Shown here one piece after another: positions 17,011-25,961 of a stretch of 44,602 bases of DNA. Each line of letters starts with the position of its first letter. Positions within the stretch are counted from its first letter, which is position 1. Made by a program: the position numbers and the translations under genes. Source of the stretch: an uncultured Oscillospiraceae bacterium (lineage in GTDB: Bacteria > Bacillota > Clostridia > Oscillospirales > Oscillospiraceae); NCBI GenBank assembly GCA_964534615.1, contig CAZHPO010000001.1:1-44602 (forward strand), in the 5' to 3' direction. The notes beneath the pieces are model-generated. The model did no database searches. It was not told the origin of the DNA and was given only the letters and a program-made list of their open reading frames with translations.

Positions 17011-18050
17011 TATGTCATTCCTTTCAAAAAACAGACCACACTAACCAGTTGGATCATACACACTGAACCTACCATTGCCAAAACCAATCCCATTGCACCG
17101 GAAAAATCCTCCAAAAGCAGCGACACCGTCTTGGGCGCAAATATGCCGGATACCGCCGCCGTCAATTTTAGTAGCAAATAGTGGGCACCGATCGCCAAAA
17201 ACGGCGTGATTGCGACTGCAATCACGGCCAACATTCCAGAAAGCCCTGCTGCGTTTTTTACCACGGCAGCGCTGACGAGGATGGTCTCAGATGCATCCGA
17301 TAATATGCCGCCTACTACCGGAATCATCCCCGAAATTATAAGTTTCGTGGCTTTCAGTGCCGTCTGATCTGCTGTTCCGCTGATGACACCCGTGATGGTG
17401 ATATATCCGGTAAAAACGTATAGAATCAATTTAAAGAACCAGCCCATGATCCATTTGCACAGATCTTTCAACTTATGCAGAATTCCATCTTCAGACAAAG
17501 CATTGATGATCGATAACAGCAGATAAATATATACCATCGGAATCAGGATCTGTGCGATCAAATTGCATAAAACCGTATCAAATAAGGCTGTTGCTCCATA
17601 GAGCGATGCAGCACTGATCGTACCTCCCTGAGAGGCCAGGGCTGTGGTCATGACCGGAAGAAGAAGCTTGCCATATTCGCTGATTTTCCAAACCGTCTGG
17701 GTTCCAACCTCGATCATGGAATTGACGCTGCCAACCAGTATCGCCGCCACGGCCAGTATCCCTGCCAGCTCTACCACTGCCTTTGTTTTTCCGTTAAAGC
17801 TCCTGATCATCGCCAGAATCAGGGTCGTGGCGATCACACGCATACATATCTTAGCACTGGATATCATCTGTGGGCGTCCCAGGCTGAACGCCTCCCGGAT
17901 CATATACCATAGGCTTGTACCAAAATCTTGCTGATCCTGAGGAAGCAGCTGCTCTACGTCGTCCGGTACGGAAGGAGCGACAATTCCGGCAGCTGAAACA
18001 GGCAAAGTCACGATTAAAAACAGTATACCCAAAAATAACAGTTTTTTCAT
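17010..18050 (-). CDS. spoIIIAE: Stage III sporulation protein AE
   Basis: Polytopic; IPVVGGILSDASETI, VVKNAAG. Confidence 0.92.
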   Translation of the reverse strand: MKKLLFLGILFLIVTLPVSAAGIVAPSVPDDVEQLLPQDQQDFGTSLWYMIREAFSLGRPQMISSAKICMRVIATTLILAMIRSFNGKTKAVVELAGILAVAAILVGSVNSMIEVGTQTVWKISEYGKLLLPVMTTALASQGGTISAASLYGATALFDTVLCNLIAQILIPMVYIYLLLSIINALSEDGILHKLKDLCKWIMGWFFKLILYVFTGYITITGVISGTADQTALKATKLIISGMIPVVGGILSDASETILVSAAVVKNAAGLSGMLAVIAVAITPFLAIGAHYLLLKLTAAVSGIFAPKTVSLLLEDFSGAMGLVLAMVGSVCMIQLVSVVCFLKGMT

Positions 18051-18442
18051 AGGCGATCCAATATCCCCTCTATCAGTTGTAAAAAAGATGTCAACATGGG
18101 CAGCGATAACCAGATCATGACAGCAGTAGCCAGAAATTGTATGGTTTTCCCCATTGCACTGTTGCCGGAATCTTCACACAGTAAGGAAACAATCTCTGCT
18201 GTTATGGATATCCCAACCACTTTCAGCAGCAGTTTTAGCATCTGATTATCCAGGCCGCCTATTTGCTGAACAGATTTCATAAAGTCAATCACCGGCTGGA
18301 GGTAACTGATTGCTGCGCTCAATACCATACAGCACACCAGTAGTGTCAGTAATTCCCCGATACCCTTGGTGTTGTTTTTTAATACAAGCACAAAAACCAC
18401 AGCCAACAGCACAAGCGCAATGGTACGAAAGAACTGTTCCAT
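18047..18442 (-). CDS. spoIIIAD: Stage III sporulation protein AD
   Basis: LLKVVGISITAEIVSLLCEDSGNSAMG. Confidence 0.9.
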   Translation of the reverse strand: MEQFFRTIALVLLAVVFVLVLKNNTKGIGELLTLLVCCMVLSAAISYLQPVIDFMKSVQQIGGLDNQMLKLLLKVVGISITAEIVSLLCEDSGNSAMGKTIQFLATAVMIWLSLPMLTSFLQLIEGILDRL

Positions 18443-18443
18443 A

Positions 18444-18638
18444 CTAAAACTGAAACAGCGTCTTCACCAGTTCGAACAGCTCCGATATTTTTTGTGCGAC
18501 AATCATCAGCACCACAACAAGCCCTGCCAGCGTCGTCATTGTGGCCTGTTCATCCCGTCCGGAGCGTGTAAGCACCTGATTTAAGACAGAAACGATAATG
18601 CCCACCGCTGCAATTTTAAAAATCAAATCAATATCCAT
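18444..18638 (-). CDS. spoIIIAC: Stage III sporulation protein AC
   Basis: MDIDLIFKIAAVGIIVSVLNQVLTRSGRDEQA; start at 18638 (alternative ATG at 18644). Confidence 0.93.
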   Translation of the reverse strand: MDIDLIFKIAAVGIIVSVLNQVLTRSGRDEQATMTTLAGLVVVLMIVAQKISELFELVKTLFQF

Positions 18639-18640
18639 AC

Positions 18641-19150
18641 TCATAGAAACAAAATCACCAGCCCAATACCTGCACAGATCCCCAGGGTTTGGTAATTGCG
18701 CAACCGCAACTGACGGTTGCGACTGACTTCTTCCAAATCCCGTCGGCAAAGCATAGCTGTTGCCTCTAAGCCTGCAATCTGTCCCTGAAGATCAAATTGC
18801 CCAAGTGTTGTGCCTAAATTCTTAAAATGCTCTGTTACCAGCAAAGGCAGTTTAGGTACCTTTTCCAAAGCCGCTGTCATACATGCCGAAGCATCCGGAA
18901 TCACTTGTCTGTCCAGTTCAATCGCCAACTGTTGGAAAACACTCTTTACACCGCCCTGACCGATATCAGCCGCTCCACGACATAGCTCACTTAATGGGCT
19001 CATCCTGTAATTTAGTTCCAAAGCCATCCAATCCAGACTTCTGGCCATATAATCAAGCGATTTTTCCAAATAGCGGTGATTTTGACACATTGCCAAACCA
19101 ACACCGCTACAGCCTGCAATGATCAATATTGCCCCCCACAGTTTTATCAT
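18641..19150 (-). CDS. spoIIIAB: Stage III sporulation protein AB
   Basis: KLWGAILIIAGCSGVG, LGQFDLQGQ, C-terminal LGICAGIGLVILFL. Confidence 0.9.
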   Translation of the reverse strand: MIKLWGAILIIAGCSGVGLAMCQNHRYLEKSLDYMARSLDWMALELNYRMSPLSELCRGAADIGQGGVKSVFQQLAIELDRQVIPDASACMTAALEKVPKLPLLVTEHFKNLGTTLGQFDLQGQIAGLEATAMLCRRDLEEVSRNRQLRLRNYQTLGICAGIGLVILFL

Positions 19151-19980
19151 TGTCTCACCCTTTCTGTCCGCCAGGACTTGTCCATTTGTAAAATCACCAC
19201 TCTGTCAAAAAGACCGCTGGCCAGCAATCTGCCATAAATCGGTCTGTTTTTCAGGTCATTAAAAGAAGATGCATGGGCCGTTGCTAAAAGGGATACTCCA
19301 CATTTTCCCGCTCGGATCAGTCCATCGCAGTCCTCTGCTGCCGTTATCTCATCAACAGCAATACATCCAGGTCCCATAACACGAAGTACCAGTTCCAGTC
19401 CTACCTCTTTGGGACAACCGGAAATGATATCTGTATTTGCTCCTTTTGCAAAATTGGCTGCTGTTGGAAATATTTCTCCACGCTCGTCCACCACGGCAAT
19501 CGTTTCTCGCCGAGAGCGTTGCCGGATCAAATCACGCAGCAAAGTGGTTTTTCCGCTACCCGGTGGACCGATCAACAAAATCGACCCCCTGTATGTCCAT
19601 AAATCACCGCTGATTCCCGGAAAGTCCCGACAAATTCGAATATTGAGAGAGGAAAGCTCGCCAATACCGCACATTTTTCCATTGCGCAAAAGAGCCTCGC
19701 CACACATACCGATACGATGTCCCCCCGGTACAGTGAGGAAGCCCTGGGCGGTTGATGCCGCTGTCCAGGGAGAATAACGGCAGGCCATATTTACAACGAA
19801 TTTCAGATCTTCTTTGCACACAAGCTGTTTGGTGCATTTGTAACCATCTTTTTTAATTAGAGTCGCCGGTTGATCTGTTCGCAGTCGAATTTCCTGCAAT
19901 GTTTCTCTCCCCTGCCTGTCCACCTCTCCCCGAAGCCAAGGGGGTAAAACGGCCAGCAGTTCTTTCCATGCACAGTTCAT
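19147..19980 (-). CDS. spoIIIAA: Stage III sporulation protein AA (ATPase)
   Basis: QEIRLR, GFLTVPGGHRIG, GPPGSGKTTLLRD, VDERGEI, DEI, ATAH. Confidence 0.94.
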   Translation of the reverse strand: MNCAWKELLAVLPPWLRGEVDRQGRETLQEIRLRTDQPATLIKKDGYKCTKQLVCKEDLKFVVNMACRYSPWTAASTAQGFLTVPGGHRIGMCGEALLRNGKMCGIGELSSLNIRICRDFPGISGDLWTYRGSILLIGPPGSGKTTLLRDLIRQRSRRETIAVVDERGEIFPTAANFAKGANTDIISGCPKEVGLELVLRVMGPGCIAVDEITAAEDCDGLIRAGKCGVSLLATAHASSFNDLKNRPIYGRLLASGLFDRVVILQMDKSWRTERVRQ

Positions 19981-19999
19981 ATTCCATCACTCCTACCCA

Positions 20000-20028
20000 A
20001 GTCTATGACCGTGCTTGTTCTCCCATGC
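20000..20028 (-). promoter_or_regulatory. Putative sigma-E promoter of spoIIIA
   Basis: Minus strand GCATG-16 nt-CATAGACT, then AGGAG RBS; spoIIIA is sigma-E dependent in Bacillus and Clostridium. Confidence 0.6.
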
Positions 20029-20055
20029 CTAAAAGATTTTTACGGCACTGAAAAT

Positions 20056-20139
20056 AAAAAAGAGGATGCCACTGGCATCCTCTTTCTCGTGTGTCTATCA
20101 CGGAAATGTAAAAAGGCAGAGCTTTGGCTCTGCCTTTTT
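20056..20139 (-). terminator. Two tandem intrinsic terminators after yajC
   Basis: AAAAAGGCAGAGC-tttg-GCTCTGCCTTTTT (20110-20139) and AAAGAGGATGCC-act-GGCATCCTCTTT (20059-20085). Confidence 0.85.
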
Positions 20140-20143
20140 GTCT

Positions 20144-20530
20144 TTACTTACCCTTAGCGGCCTTCTTTTCAGCCTTAGCCTTGGCAGCAGCTTCCGCTGC
20201 TTTCTTAGCTTCTTCCTTGGCACGCTCAGCGCCGGTTTCATTGGTAGAAAGAGCCCACTTTGCAAATTCAATACGAACCTGATCAGCACTAGTCTCAATC
20301 ACGAACTTGTCTTCCTTGATGTCAACGATCTTACCAACGATACCACCGATGGTAGTGATTTTATCGCCAACCTTCAGCTCGGAACGCATCTGCTCTGCTT
20401 CCTTCTTGCGCTTGTTTTCGGGGCGAATCATCATGAAGTAGAAAATTGCGATCATAATGACCAGCATGATAATCGTAGTCATCATACCGCCGCCGCTGTT
20501 TGCTGTAGAATCAGTCAAAAAATTCAACAT
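20144..20530 (-). CDS. yajC: Preprotein translocase subunit YajC
   Basis: FYFMMIRPENKRKK, LKVGDKITTIGGIVGKI; queA-tgt-yajC synteny. Confidence 0.95.
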   Translation of the reverse strand: MLNFLTDSTANSGGGMMTTIIMLVIMIAIFYFMMIRPENKRKKEAEQMRSELKVGDKITTIGGIVGKIVDIKEDKFVIETSADQVRIEFAKWALSTNETGAERAKEEAKKAAEAAAKAKAEKKAAKGK

Positions 20531-20596
20531 CTAAAATACTCCTTTATTTAGTATTGCACTTATTATACCATCGTTTCCACAAATTGCAAGGCAAAT

Positions 20597-21727
20597 TTAA
20601 ATTCTTTGTCCTAATTTAACAGAATATTCACGACGGAATTCCTCAAACCGACCTTCATCCAGTGCAAAACGGATTTTTTCCATCAGCTTGTTGTAGAAAT
20701 ACAGATTATGCATCACAGACAAACGCATTGCCAGCATTTCTTCCGCCACAAACAGGTGGCGAATATAAGCTCTGGAATAGCGGCGACATACCGGACAATC
20801 ACAATGCTCATCAATGGGGCGTTCGTCCAACTGGTACTTAGCATTTTTCAGGTTAATTGCACCTTCCCACGTAAACAGGCGTGCATGTCTTGCGTTTCTG
20901 GCCGGCATGACACAGTCAAAGAAATCAACACCACGAGCAACGGCTTCAATGATATTACTGGGTGTGCCTACGCCCATCAAGTAGCGTGTTTTATTCTGGG
21001 GCATATGCTCCTCCACCGCTTCGATGATGTCATACATTTCTTCTGCTGTTTCACCCACAGCCAAGCCACCAATAGCATATCCCGGCAGATCCAGCTGTGC
21101 GATACGCTTCATATGATCGACTCGGATATCTCGATAAGTACCGCCCTGGTTGATGCCCCAAAGCATTTGCTGGGGATTGACCGTATCAGGCAGACTGTTC
21201 AGTCGTGCATTTTCTGCCTTACACCGAACCAACCAGCGATATGTACGATCCACACTGTCCAGAACATATTTTCTGGGTGCCGGATTTTCGATACATTCGT
21301 CAAAAGCCATACAGATATCACTGCCCAAATTAGACTGGATCTGCATACTTTCTTCCGGTCCCATAAAAATCTTATGTCCATCGATATGGGAGGAAAAATA
21401 GACACCTTCCTCCTTTATTTTCCGCAAAGAGGACAGGCTAAACACCTGAAATCCGCCTGAGTCAGTCAAAATCGGGCCATCCCAGGTCATAAACTTATGC
21501 AAGCCACCCATTTCCCGCACGACCTTATCTGTAGGACGCAGGTGCAAATGATAGGTGTTGGACAATTCAACCTGACAGCCGATATTTTTCAGATCCTCAG
21601 CGCTCAGTGCGCCCTTGATGGCGCCCTGGGTGCCCACATTCATAAATACCGGAGTCTGGACAGTGCCGTGGGCACAGGTAAATTCACCACGACGAGCCTT
21701 TCCTTCTGTCTTCTTTAATTCAAACAT
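20597..21727 (-). CDS. tgt: tRNA-guanine(34) transglycosylase
   Basis: TPVFMNVGT, LTDSGGFQVFSL, RYLMGVG, FDCVMP, zinc site CDCPVC...HN. Confidence 0.97.
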   Translation of the reverse strand: MFELKKTEGKARRGEFTCAHGTVQTPVFMNVGTQGAIKGALSAEDLKNIGCQVELSNTYHLHLRPTDKVVREMGGLHKFMTWDGPILTDSGGFQVFSLSSLRKIKEEGVYFSSHIDGHKIFMGPEESMQIQSNLGSDICMAFDECIENPAPRKYVLDSVDRTYRWLVRCKAENARLNSLPDTVNPQQMLWGINQGGTYRDIRVDHMKRIAQLDLPGYAIGGLAVGETAEEMYDIIEAVEEHMPQNKTRYLMGVGTPSNIIEAVARGVDFFDCVMPARNARHARLFTWEGAINLKNAKYQLDERPIDEHCDCPVCRRYSRAYIRHLFVAEEMLAMRLSVMHNLYFYNKLMEKIRFALDEGRFEEFRREYSVKLGQRI

Positions 21728-21747
21728 AAATTACCTCACACGTTCCA

Positions 21748-22770
21748 TCAAATCACGATCATGGCATCGCCAAAAGAAAAAAATCTATAACCGAGTTTGA
21801 CAGCTTCTTCATAAGCGGCCAGCACATTTTCTCTGCCGGCAAATGCAGAAACCAACATCACCAGGGTGCTTTCAGGCAAGTGAAAGTTGGTAATCAGACC
21901 CTGCATGGCTTTGAATGTATAGCCGGGATAGATGAAAATCTCCGTCCATTTTGATTTCTCCTCAAAGCTACCATCATCATTGACCAGACTTTCCAGCGTT
22001 CTGCAGGAGGTGGTACCCACGCAAATAATACGGCCGCCTTCTGCCTTTGTTTGGTTTAGAATGTCGGCGGTTTCTCCGGAGATCATGCAAAGTTCAGCGT
22101 GCATATGATGGTCCGTGATCTCATCGGCCTTTACCGGGCGGAATGTGCCCAGACCCACATGGAGCGTAACAAAGGCGGTTTTTACCCCCTTTTCTCTCAC
22201 TTTTTGCAAAAGCTCCTGGGTCCAGTGCAGGCCGGCAGTAGGTGCTGCTGCTGAGCCAACCTCCTTGGAATAGACTGTCTGATACCGTTCCTGATCTGCA
22301 AGTTCCGCCTTGATATAAGGCGGCAGAGGCATTTTTCCCAAGCGTTCCAGCACTTCCAGGAAAATGCCTTCATAATGAAATTCCACAATGCGATTGCCAT
22401 CTTCTTTTACTTCTGTCACGGTAGCTGTCAGTTCACCGTTTCCGAAGATAACTTCATTGCCTACCTGCATTTTTCGACCGGGTTTGCACAGACATTCCCA
22501 TTTCTTATTTCCCAGATCACGTAGCAGAAGCACTTCCACTGCACCACCGGTAGGCCGATGCCCCAGAAGTCGGGCAGGCAAAACACGAGAGTCATTCATC
22601 ACCAGGCAGTCACCGGGTTGCAAATAATCGATCACGTCATAAAAATGTTTATGGGCTCTTTCGCCGGTTTTTCGATCCAGAACCAAAAGCCGTGAAGTGT
22701 CCCGCTTCTCCAAAGGGGTCTGAGCGATCAGTTCCTCCGGCAAGTCATACCAAAAATCACTGGTTTTCAA
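21748..22770 (-). CDS. queA: S-adenosylmethionine:tRNA ribosyltransferase-isomerase
   Basis: [54 protein letters not shown]; TTG start. Confidence 0.97.
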   Translation of the reverse strand: MKTSDFWYDLPEELIAQTPLEKRDTSRLLVLDRKTGERAHKHFYDVIDYLQPGDCLVMNDSRVLPARLLGHRPTGGAVEVLLLRDLGNKKWECLCKPGRKMQVGNEVIFGNGELTATVTEVKEDGNRIVEFHYEGIFLEVLERLGKMPLPPYIKAELADQERYQTVYSKEVGSAAAPTAGLHWTQELLQKVREKGVKTAFVTLHVGLGTFRPVKADEITDHHMHAELCMISGETADILNQTKAEGGRIICVGTTSCRTLESLVNDDGSFEEKSKWTEIFIYPGYTFKAMQGLITNFHLPESTLVMLVSAFAGRENVLAAYEEAVKLGYRFFSFGDAMIVI

Positions 22771-22804
22771 TGTAAAATCCTCCGATTCAATAAAAAACGT
22801 AATT

Positions 22805-22833
22805 ATTATACTCTAAATTCTGAACAATTGCAA
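22805..22833 (-). promoter_or_regulatory. Putative sigma-A promoter of queA-tgt
   Basis: Minus strand TTGCAA-17 nt-TATAAT. Confidence 0.65.
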
Positions 22834-22838
22834 TACTG

Positions 22839-22866
22839 CACCCAATTCTTTTTATGGGCATAAATT
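22839..22866 (+). promoter_or_regulatory. Putative sigma-K promoter of dapA
   Basis: CACC(22839-42)-16 nt-CATAAATT(22859-66), then GGAGG RBS. Confidence 0.55.
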
Positions 22867-22885
22867 GGCATGGAGGTATCAGCTT

Positions 22886-23755
22886 ATGGAAAAATCTTTT
22901 TTTACAGGTGCTTGTACTGCGCTAGTCACCCCATTTCTGGGTGGGCAAGTGAATTATCCCATGTTAGAGCGGCTTTTGCAGCGGCAATTAGACGCCGGAA
23001 TCTCCGCCGTTGTCCTATGTGGCACGACCGGAGAGTCCCCTACCCTCTCCGACAAGGAAAAATTGGAGATCTTTCGTCGGGGAAAAGCATTTGTTGGAGA
23101 CAAAATGAAAATCATCTGCGGCACAGGCTCCAACGATACCCGACACGCCGTAGAACTCAGCGTTGCCGCCCAGCAATGCGGTGCAGACGGTCTATTGGTT
23201 GTTTCTCCTTATTACAACAAAGGCAATTCCGATGGACAACTGGCTCATTACATAGCCATTGCCCATGCGGTAAAGATCCCGGTCATTATTTACAATGTAC
23301 CCAGCCGAACAGGGGTAGATATCTCTGTGGATGTATATCGTCGGCTTAGTCGCATACCCAACATTGTCGGTGTCAAGGAAGCCAGCACAGATATTGTAAA
23401 GATCGCTCGTATTGGCATAGCTTGTGGCACAGATCTGATGGTTTGGTCTGGAAATGATGATCAGGCAGTGGCGGCAATGGCGCTGGGTGCAAAAGGGGTC
23501 ATATCTGTGGTCTCAAACGTCATGCCCGAAGAAACACAAGCCATGGTGCGGGCAGCCTTGGCCGGAGATTTTGACACGGCATCCGATCTGCAGTGCAGGC
23601 TTTTACCCCTGATCGACAGCTTATTCCGGGAAGTCAATCCGATCCCGGTAAAAGCGGCTATGGAGATCATTGGATATGACTGTGGCAACTGCCGGTTGCC
23701 ATTGGGAAATCCACAGGCAGAAACATGGCAGCGATTACGCCAACTGCTTTCGTAA
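22886..23755 (+). CDS. dapA: 4-hydroxy-tetrahydrodipicolinate synthase
   Basis: TALVTPF, GTTGES, SPYYNK, IYNVPSRTG, GVKEAS, NPIPVKAA; start ATG 22886. Confidence 0.96.
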   Translation: MEKSFFTGACTALVTPFLGGQVNYPMLERLLQRQLDAGISAVVLCGTTGESPTLSDKEKLEIFRRGKAFVGDKMKIICGTGSNDTRHAVELSVAAQQCGADGLLVVSPYYNKGNSDGQLAHYIAIAHAVKIPVIIYNVPSRTGVDISVDVYRRLSRIPNIVGVKEASTDIVKIARIGIACGTDLMVWSGNDDQAVAAMALGAKGVISVVSNVMPEETQAMVRAALAGDFDTASDLQCRLLPLIDSLFREVNPIPVKAAMEIIGYDCGNCRLPLGNPQAETWQRLRQLLS

Positions 23756-23760
23756 ACAAA

Positions 23761-23783
23761 GTAGCCCGCTTTTTGCGGGCTAC
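23761..23783. terminator. Hairpin between convergent dapA and methyltransferase gene
   Basis: GTAGCCCGC-ttttt-GCGGGCTAC; on the minus strand followed by TTTGTTT. Confidence 0.65.
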
Positions 23784-23790
23784 CACCTTA

Positions 23791-24576
23791 TCACAACTTC
23801 TCGTACTGGGCAATCACAAATTCTACCGTTGTCTGCAATTGTTGTAAAACTAGGAGTTTATCCTTGTCTGCCTGGGTGGTATGAAAAAAATAGGGTGTCA
23901 TACGAAAAACTGCCTGAATGTCTTCCTGCGATGCCAGGCAAATATGGTCGGTCACTTTTTTTACATCCACCAGTTTAAAAAGACTGGTCTGGGGCAGCTG
24001 TTCATCATTTTCGTAGGGCGTATCATAGATTGCCTGCTTCAGGCCAAACAAATGGTACTTACCGGGAATGACTGTAAACAGTTTGCCTCCCTGTTTCAGA
24101 ACACGGGCGAAAGATTGCTCATTAAAAGGCGCAAACAAATGGGTCGCATAATCCATCGTTCCATCTGCCACAGGTATGGAAGCCATATTTGCTACAAAGA
24201 AGCGACAGTTTCCCCTTTTTGCGGCCAAACGAACCATTTCCCTGGAAATATCGAAACCATAGACAGTTAAATCCAGTTTTTCTCCCAGTGCAGATGTATA
24301 GTAGCCTTCGCCACAGCAGATATCCAGAACATTTCCCTGACATCCATCCAAACAATCACACAAGGCATCCTTCAGAGAATGATAATATCCCTTGTTCAAA
24401 AAATCCCGGCGACACCTGGCAGATGCTTTATCATCACCGATCAGGTCTCCGGAACGTGAGGACCGGAGCAGATTCACGTATCCCTCCCGTGCAATATCAA
24501 AGCAATGGCCATTTTCACATCTGGCAGTATGCGCATCAAAAGCCAGAGGCTTCCCACAAACTGGACAAACAAGCAT
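23791..24576 (-). CDS. RlmA-like 23S rRNA m1G methyltransferase (zinc ribbon + class I SAM MTase)
   Basis: CPVC...CENGHCFDIAREGYVNLL, LDICCGEGYY, HLFGLK, MTPY. Confidence 0.85.
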   Translation of the reverse strand: MLVCPVCGKPLAFDAHTARCENGHCFDIAREGYVNLLRSSRSGDLIGDDKASARCRRDFLNKGYYHSLKDALCDCLDGCQGNVLDICCGEGYYTSALGEKLDLTVYGFDISREMVRLAAKRGNCRFFVANMASIPVADGTMDYATHLFAPFNEQSFARVLKQGGKLFTVIPGKYHLFGLKQAIYDTPYENDEQLPQTSLFKLVDVKKVTDHICLASQEDIQAVFRMTPYFFHTTQADKDKLLVLQQLQTTVEFVIAQYEKL

Positions 24577-24694
24577 GGTATTTCTCCTCTATCTTTGTTT
24601 TTCTAAATTATAATCCATTTCTATTTAAAAAACAATGGACATTTTTCTTTCTTTCCGCTATAATCCTTAAAAAAGATAGTAAGGAAGTAAAGAT

Positions 24695-25339
24695 ATGAAG
24701 CATCTGTTATTCGATTTGGATGGCACCCTCTCCGACTCCGGTGCAGGTATCATCCACTGCGGTCAGGAAACACTGGCACACTTCGGAATGGAGGTACCCA
24801 GCTACGGCGATCTGCGCCCCATGGTAGGCCCTCCTCTGCGGGACAGTCTGCGCCATTTTGGTATTTCGGAAGAAAACATGGAAGAAGCTGTGGAAATCTA
24901 TCGTCAAACCTATGTAGACCACGGGCAATACGAAAATTTTCCTTACCCCGGCATTGCGCAGCTTCTGCAAAAACTTCACCACGACGGTCATAAGCTTTAT
25001 GTCGCCACTTCCAAGCCCGAAATCATGGCCGAGCATATTTTGCAGCACTTTGGCCTTGATTCCTATTTCACCATTATTTGCGGCTCCACTCTCGATAGTA
25101 ACCGAATCACAAAAGCCGATGTGATCCGCCATCTTATGAAGCAGTTGCCCTCTGATGGAAAAATCATAATGATCGGTGATACCATTTATGATATTGAAGG
25201 TGCAAACGAACTTTCCCTGCCCTCCATTGGTGTCAGCTGGGGCTATGGCAATTTGGAAGAAATGAGAACAGCCGGAGCAATCGGCATTGCAGACAGTATG
25301 GATTCTCTGTATGAAATGATCTCGAATCTAGAAGATTAA
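24695..25339 (+). CDS. HAD-superfamily phosphatase (phosphoglycolate phosphatase/5'-nucleotidase-like)
   Basis: FDLDGTLSDS, VGPPL, VATSKP, MIGD, GVSWGYG; TGGACA-17-TATAAT upstream. Confidence 0.9.
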   Translation: MKHLLFDLDGTLSDSGAGIIHCGQETLAHFGMEVPSYGDLRPMVGPPLRDSLRHFGISEENMEEAVEIYRQTYVDHGQYENFPYPGIAQLLQKLHHDGHKLYVATSKPEIMAEHILQHFGLDSYFTIICGSTLDSNRITKADVIRHLMKQLPSDGKIIMIGDTIYDIEGANELSLPSIGVSWGYGNLEEMRTAGAIGIADSMDSLYEMISNLED

Positions 25340-25359
25340 CGAATCATTTTCTATCGAAT

Positions 25360-25392
25360 AAAAACTGGGAACGATTTCGTTCCCAGTTTTTT
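25360..25392. terminator. Bidirectional terminator
   Basis: AAAAACTGGGAACG-attt-CGTTCCCAGTTTTTT. Confidence 0.85.
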
Positions 25393-25406
25393 AATGCATA
25401 ATGCCC

Positions 25407-25961
25407 TTAGATTTTCAGCTCTTTGCATTTTTCACGAATCGAAAGCAGATCATCAAATGTCTCAGGTCGCTTGGTTACATCCCGAAGCAATGCTGACGGA
25501 TGATACATCGCCGTCATCCAGATCCCGTTTTTTTGCGTCCAGGTGCCATGTTCCTTTGTAATACGGTAATCGTCCCGGATCAACGCCTTAGCTGCGATCC
25601 GTCCCAAACAGACAATGATTTTCGGATCGATCAACTTTATTTGCTGGTGGAGATAGCCGATACAGGACTCCTGCTCGGTCTGTAGAGGGTCCCGGTTTTG
25701 GGGTGGTCTGCATTTTACAATATTAGCAATATAACAATTCCGACGATCCAAATCAATAATGGACAGCATATCGTCCAGCAAATGGCCTGCCGGTCCTACA
25801 AAGGGAATTCCCTGAATATCTTCCTGCTCTCCCGGACCTTCCCCAATAAACAGAATGTCAGATTGACTATTTCCGACACCAAAAACGACATTTCGTCTTG
25901 TTTCACACAGGCCACAGCGTGTACATTCTTTACAAACCGCTTCCAGTTCAATCCAGTTCAT
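25407..25961 (-). CDS. Uracil-DNA glycosylase, family 4 (Fe-S)
   Basis: CTRCGLC, FIGEGPG, PFVGPAG, NIVKCRPP, MYHPSALL. Confidence 0.93.
   Translation of the reverse strand: MNWIELEAVCKECTRCGLCETRRNVVFGVGNSQSDILFIGEGPGEQEDIQGIPFVGPAGHLLDDMLSIIDLDRRNCYIANIVKCRPPQNRDPLQTEQESCIGYLHQQIKLIDPKIIVCLGRIAAKALIRDDYRITKEHGTWTQKNGIWMTAMYHPSALLRDVTKRPETFDDLLSIREKCKELKI

Noticed and set aside
22771-22804. Possible preQ1 riboswitch ahead of queA-tgt
   Set aside because: The leader is too short after the predicted promoter and I see no preQ1 stem; only an A/T-rich tract.
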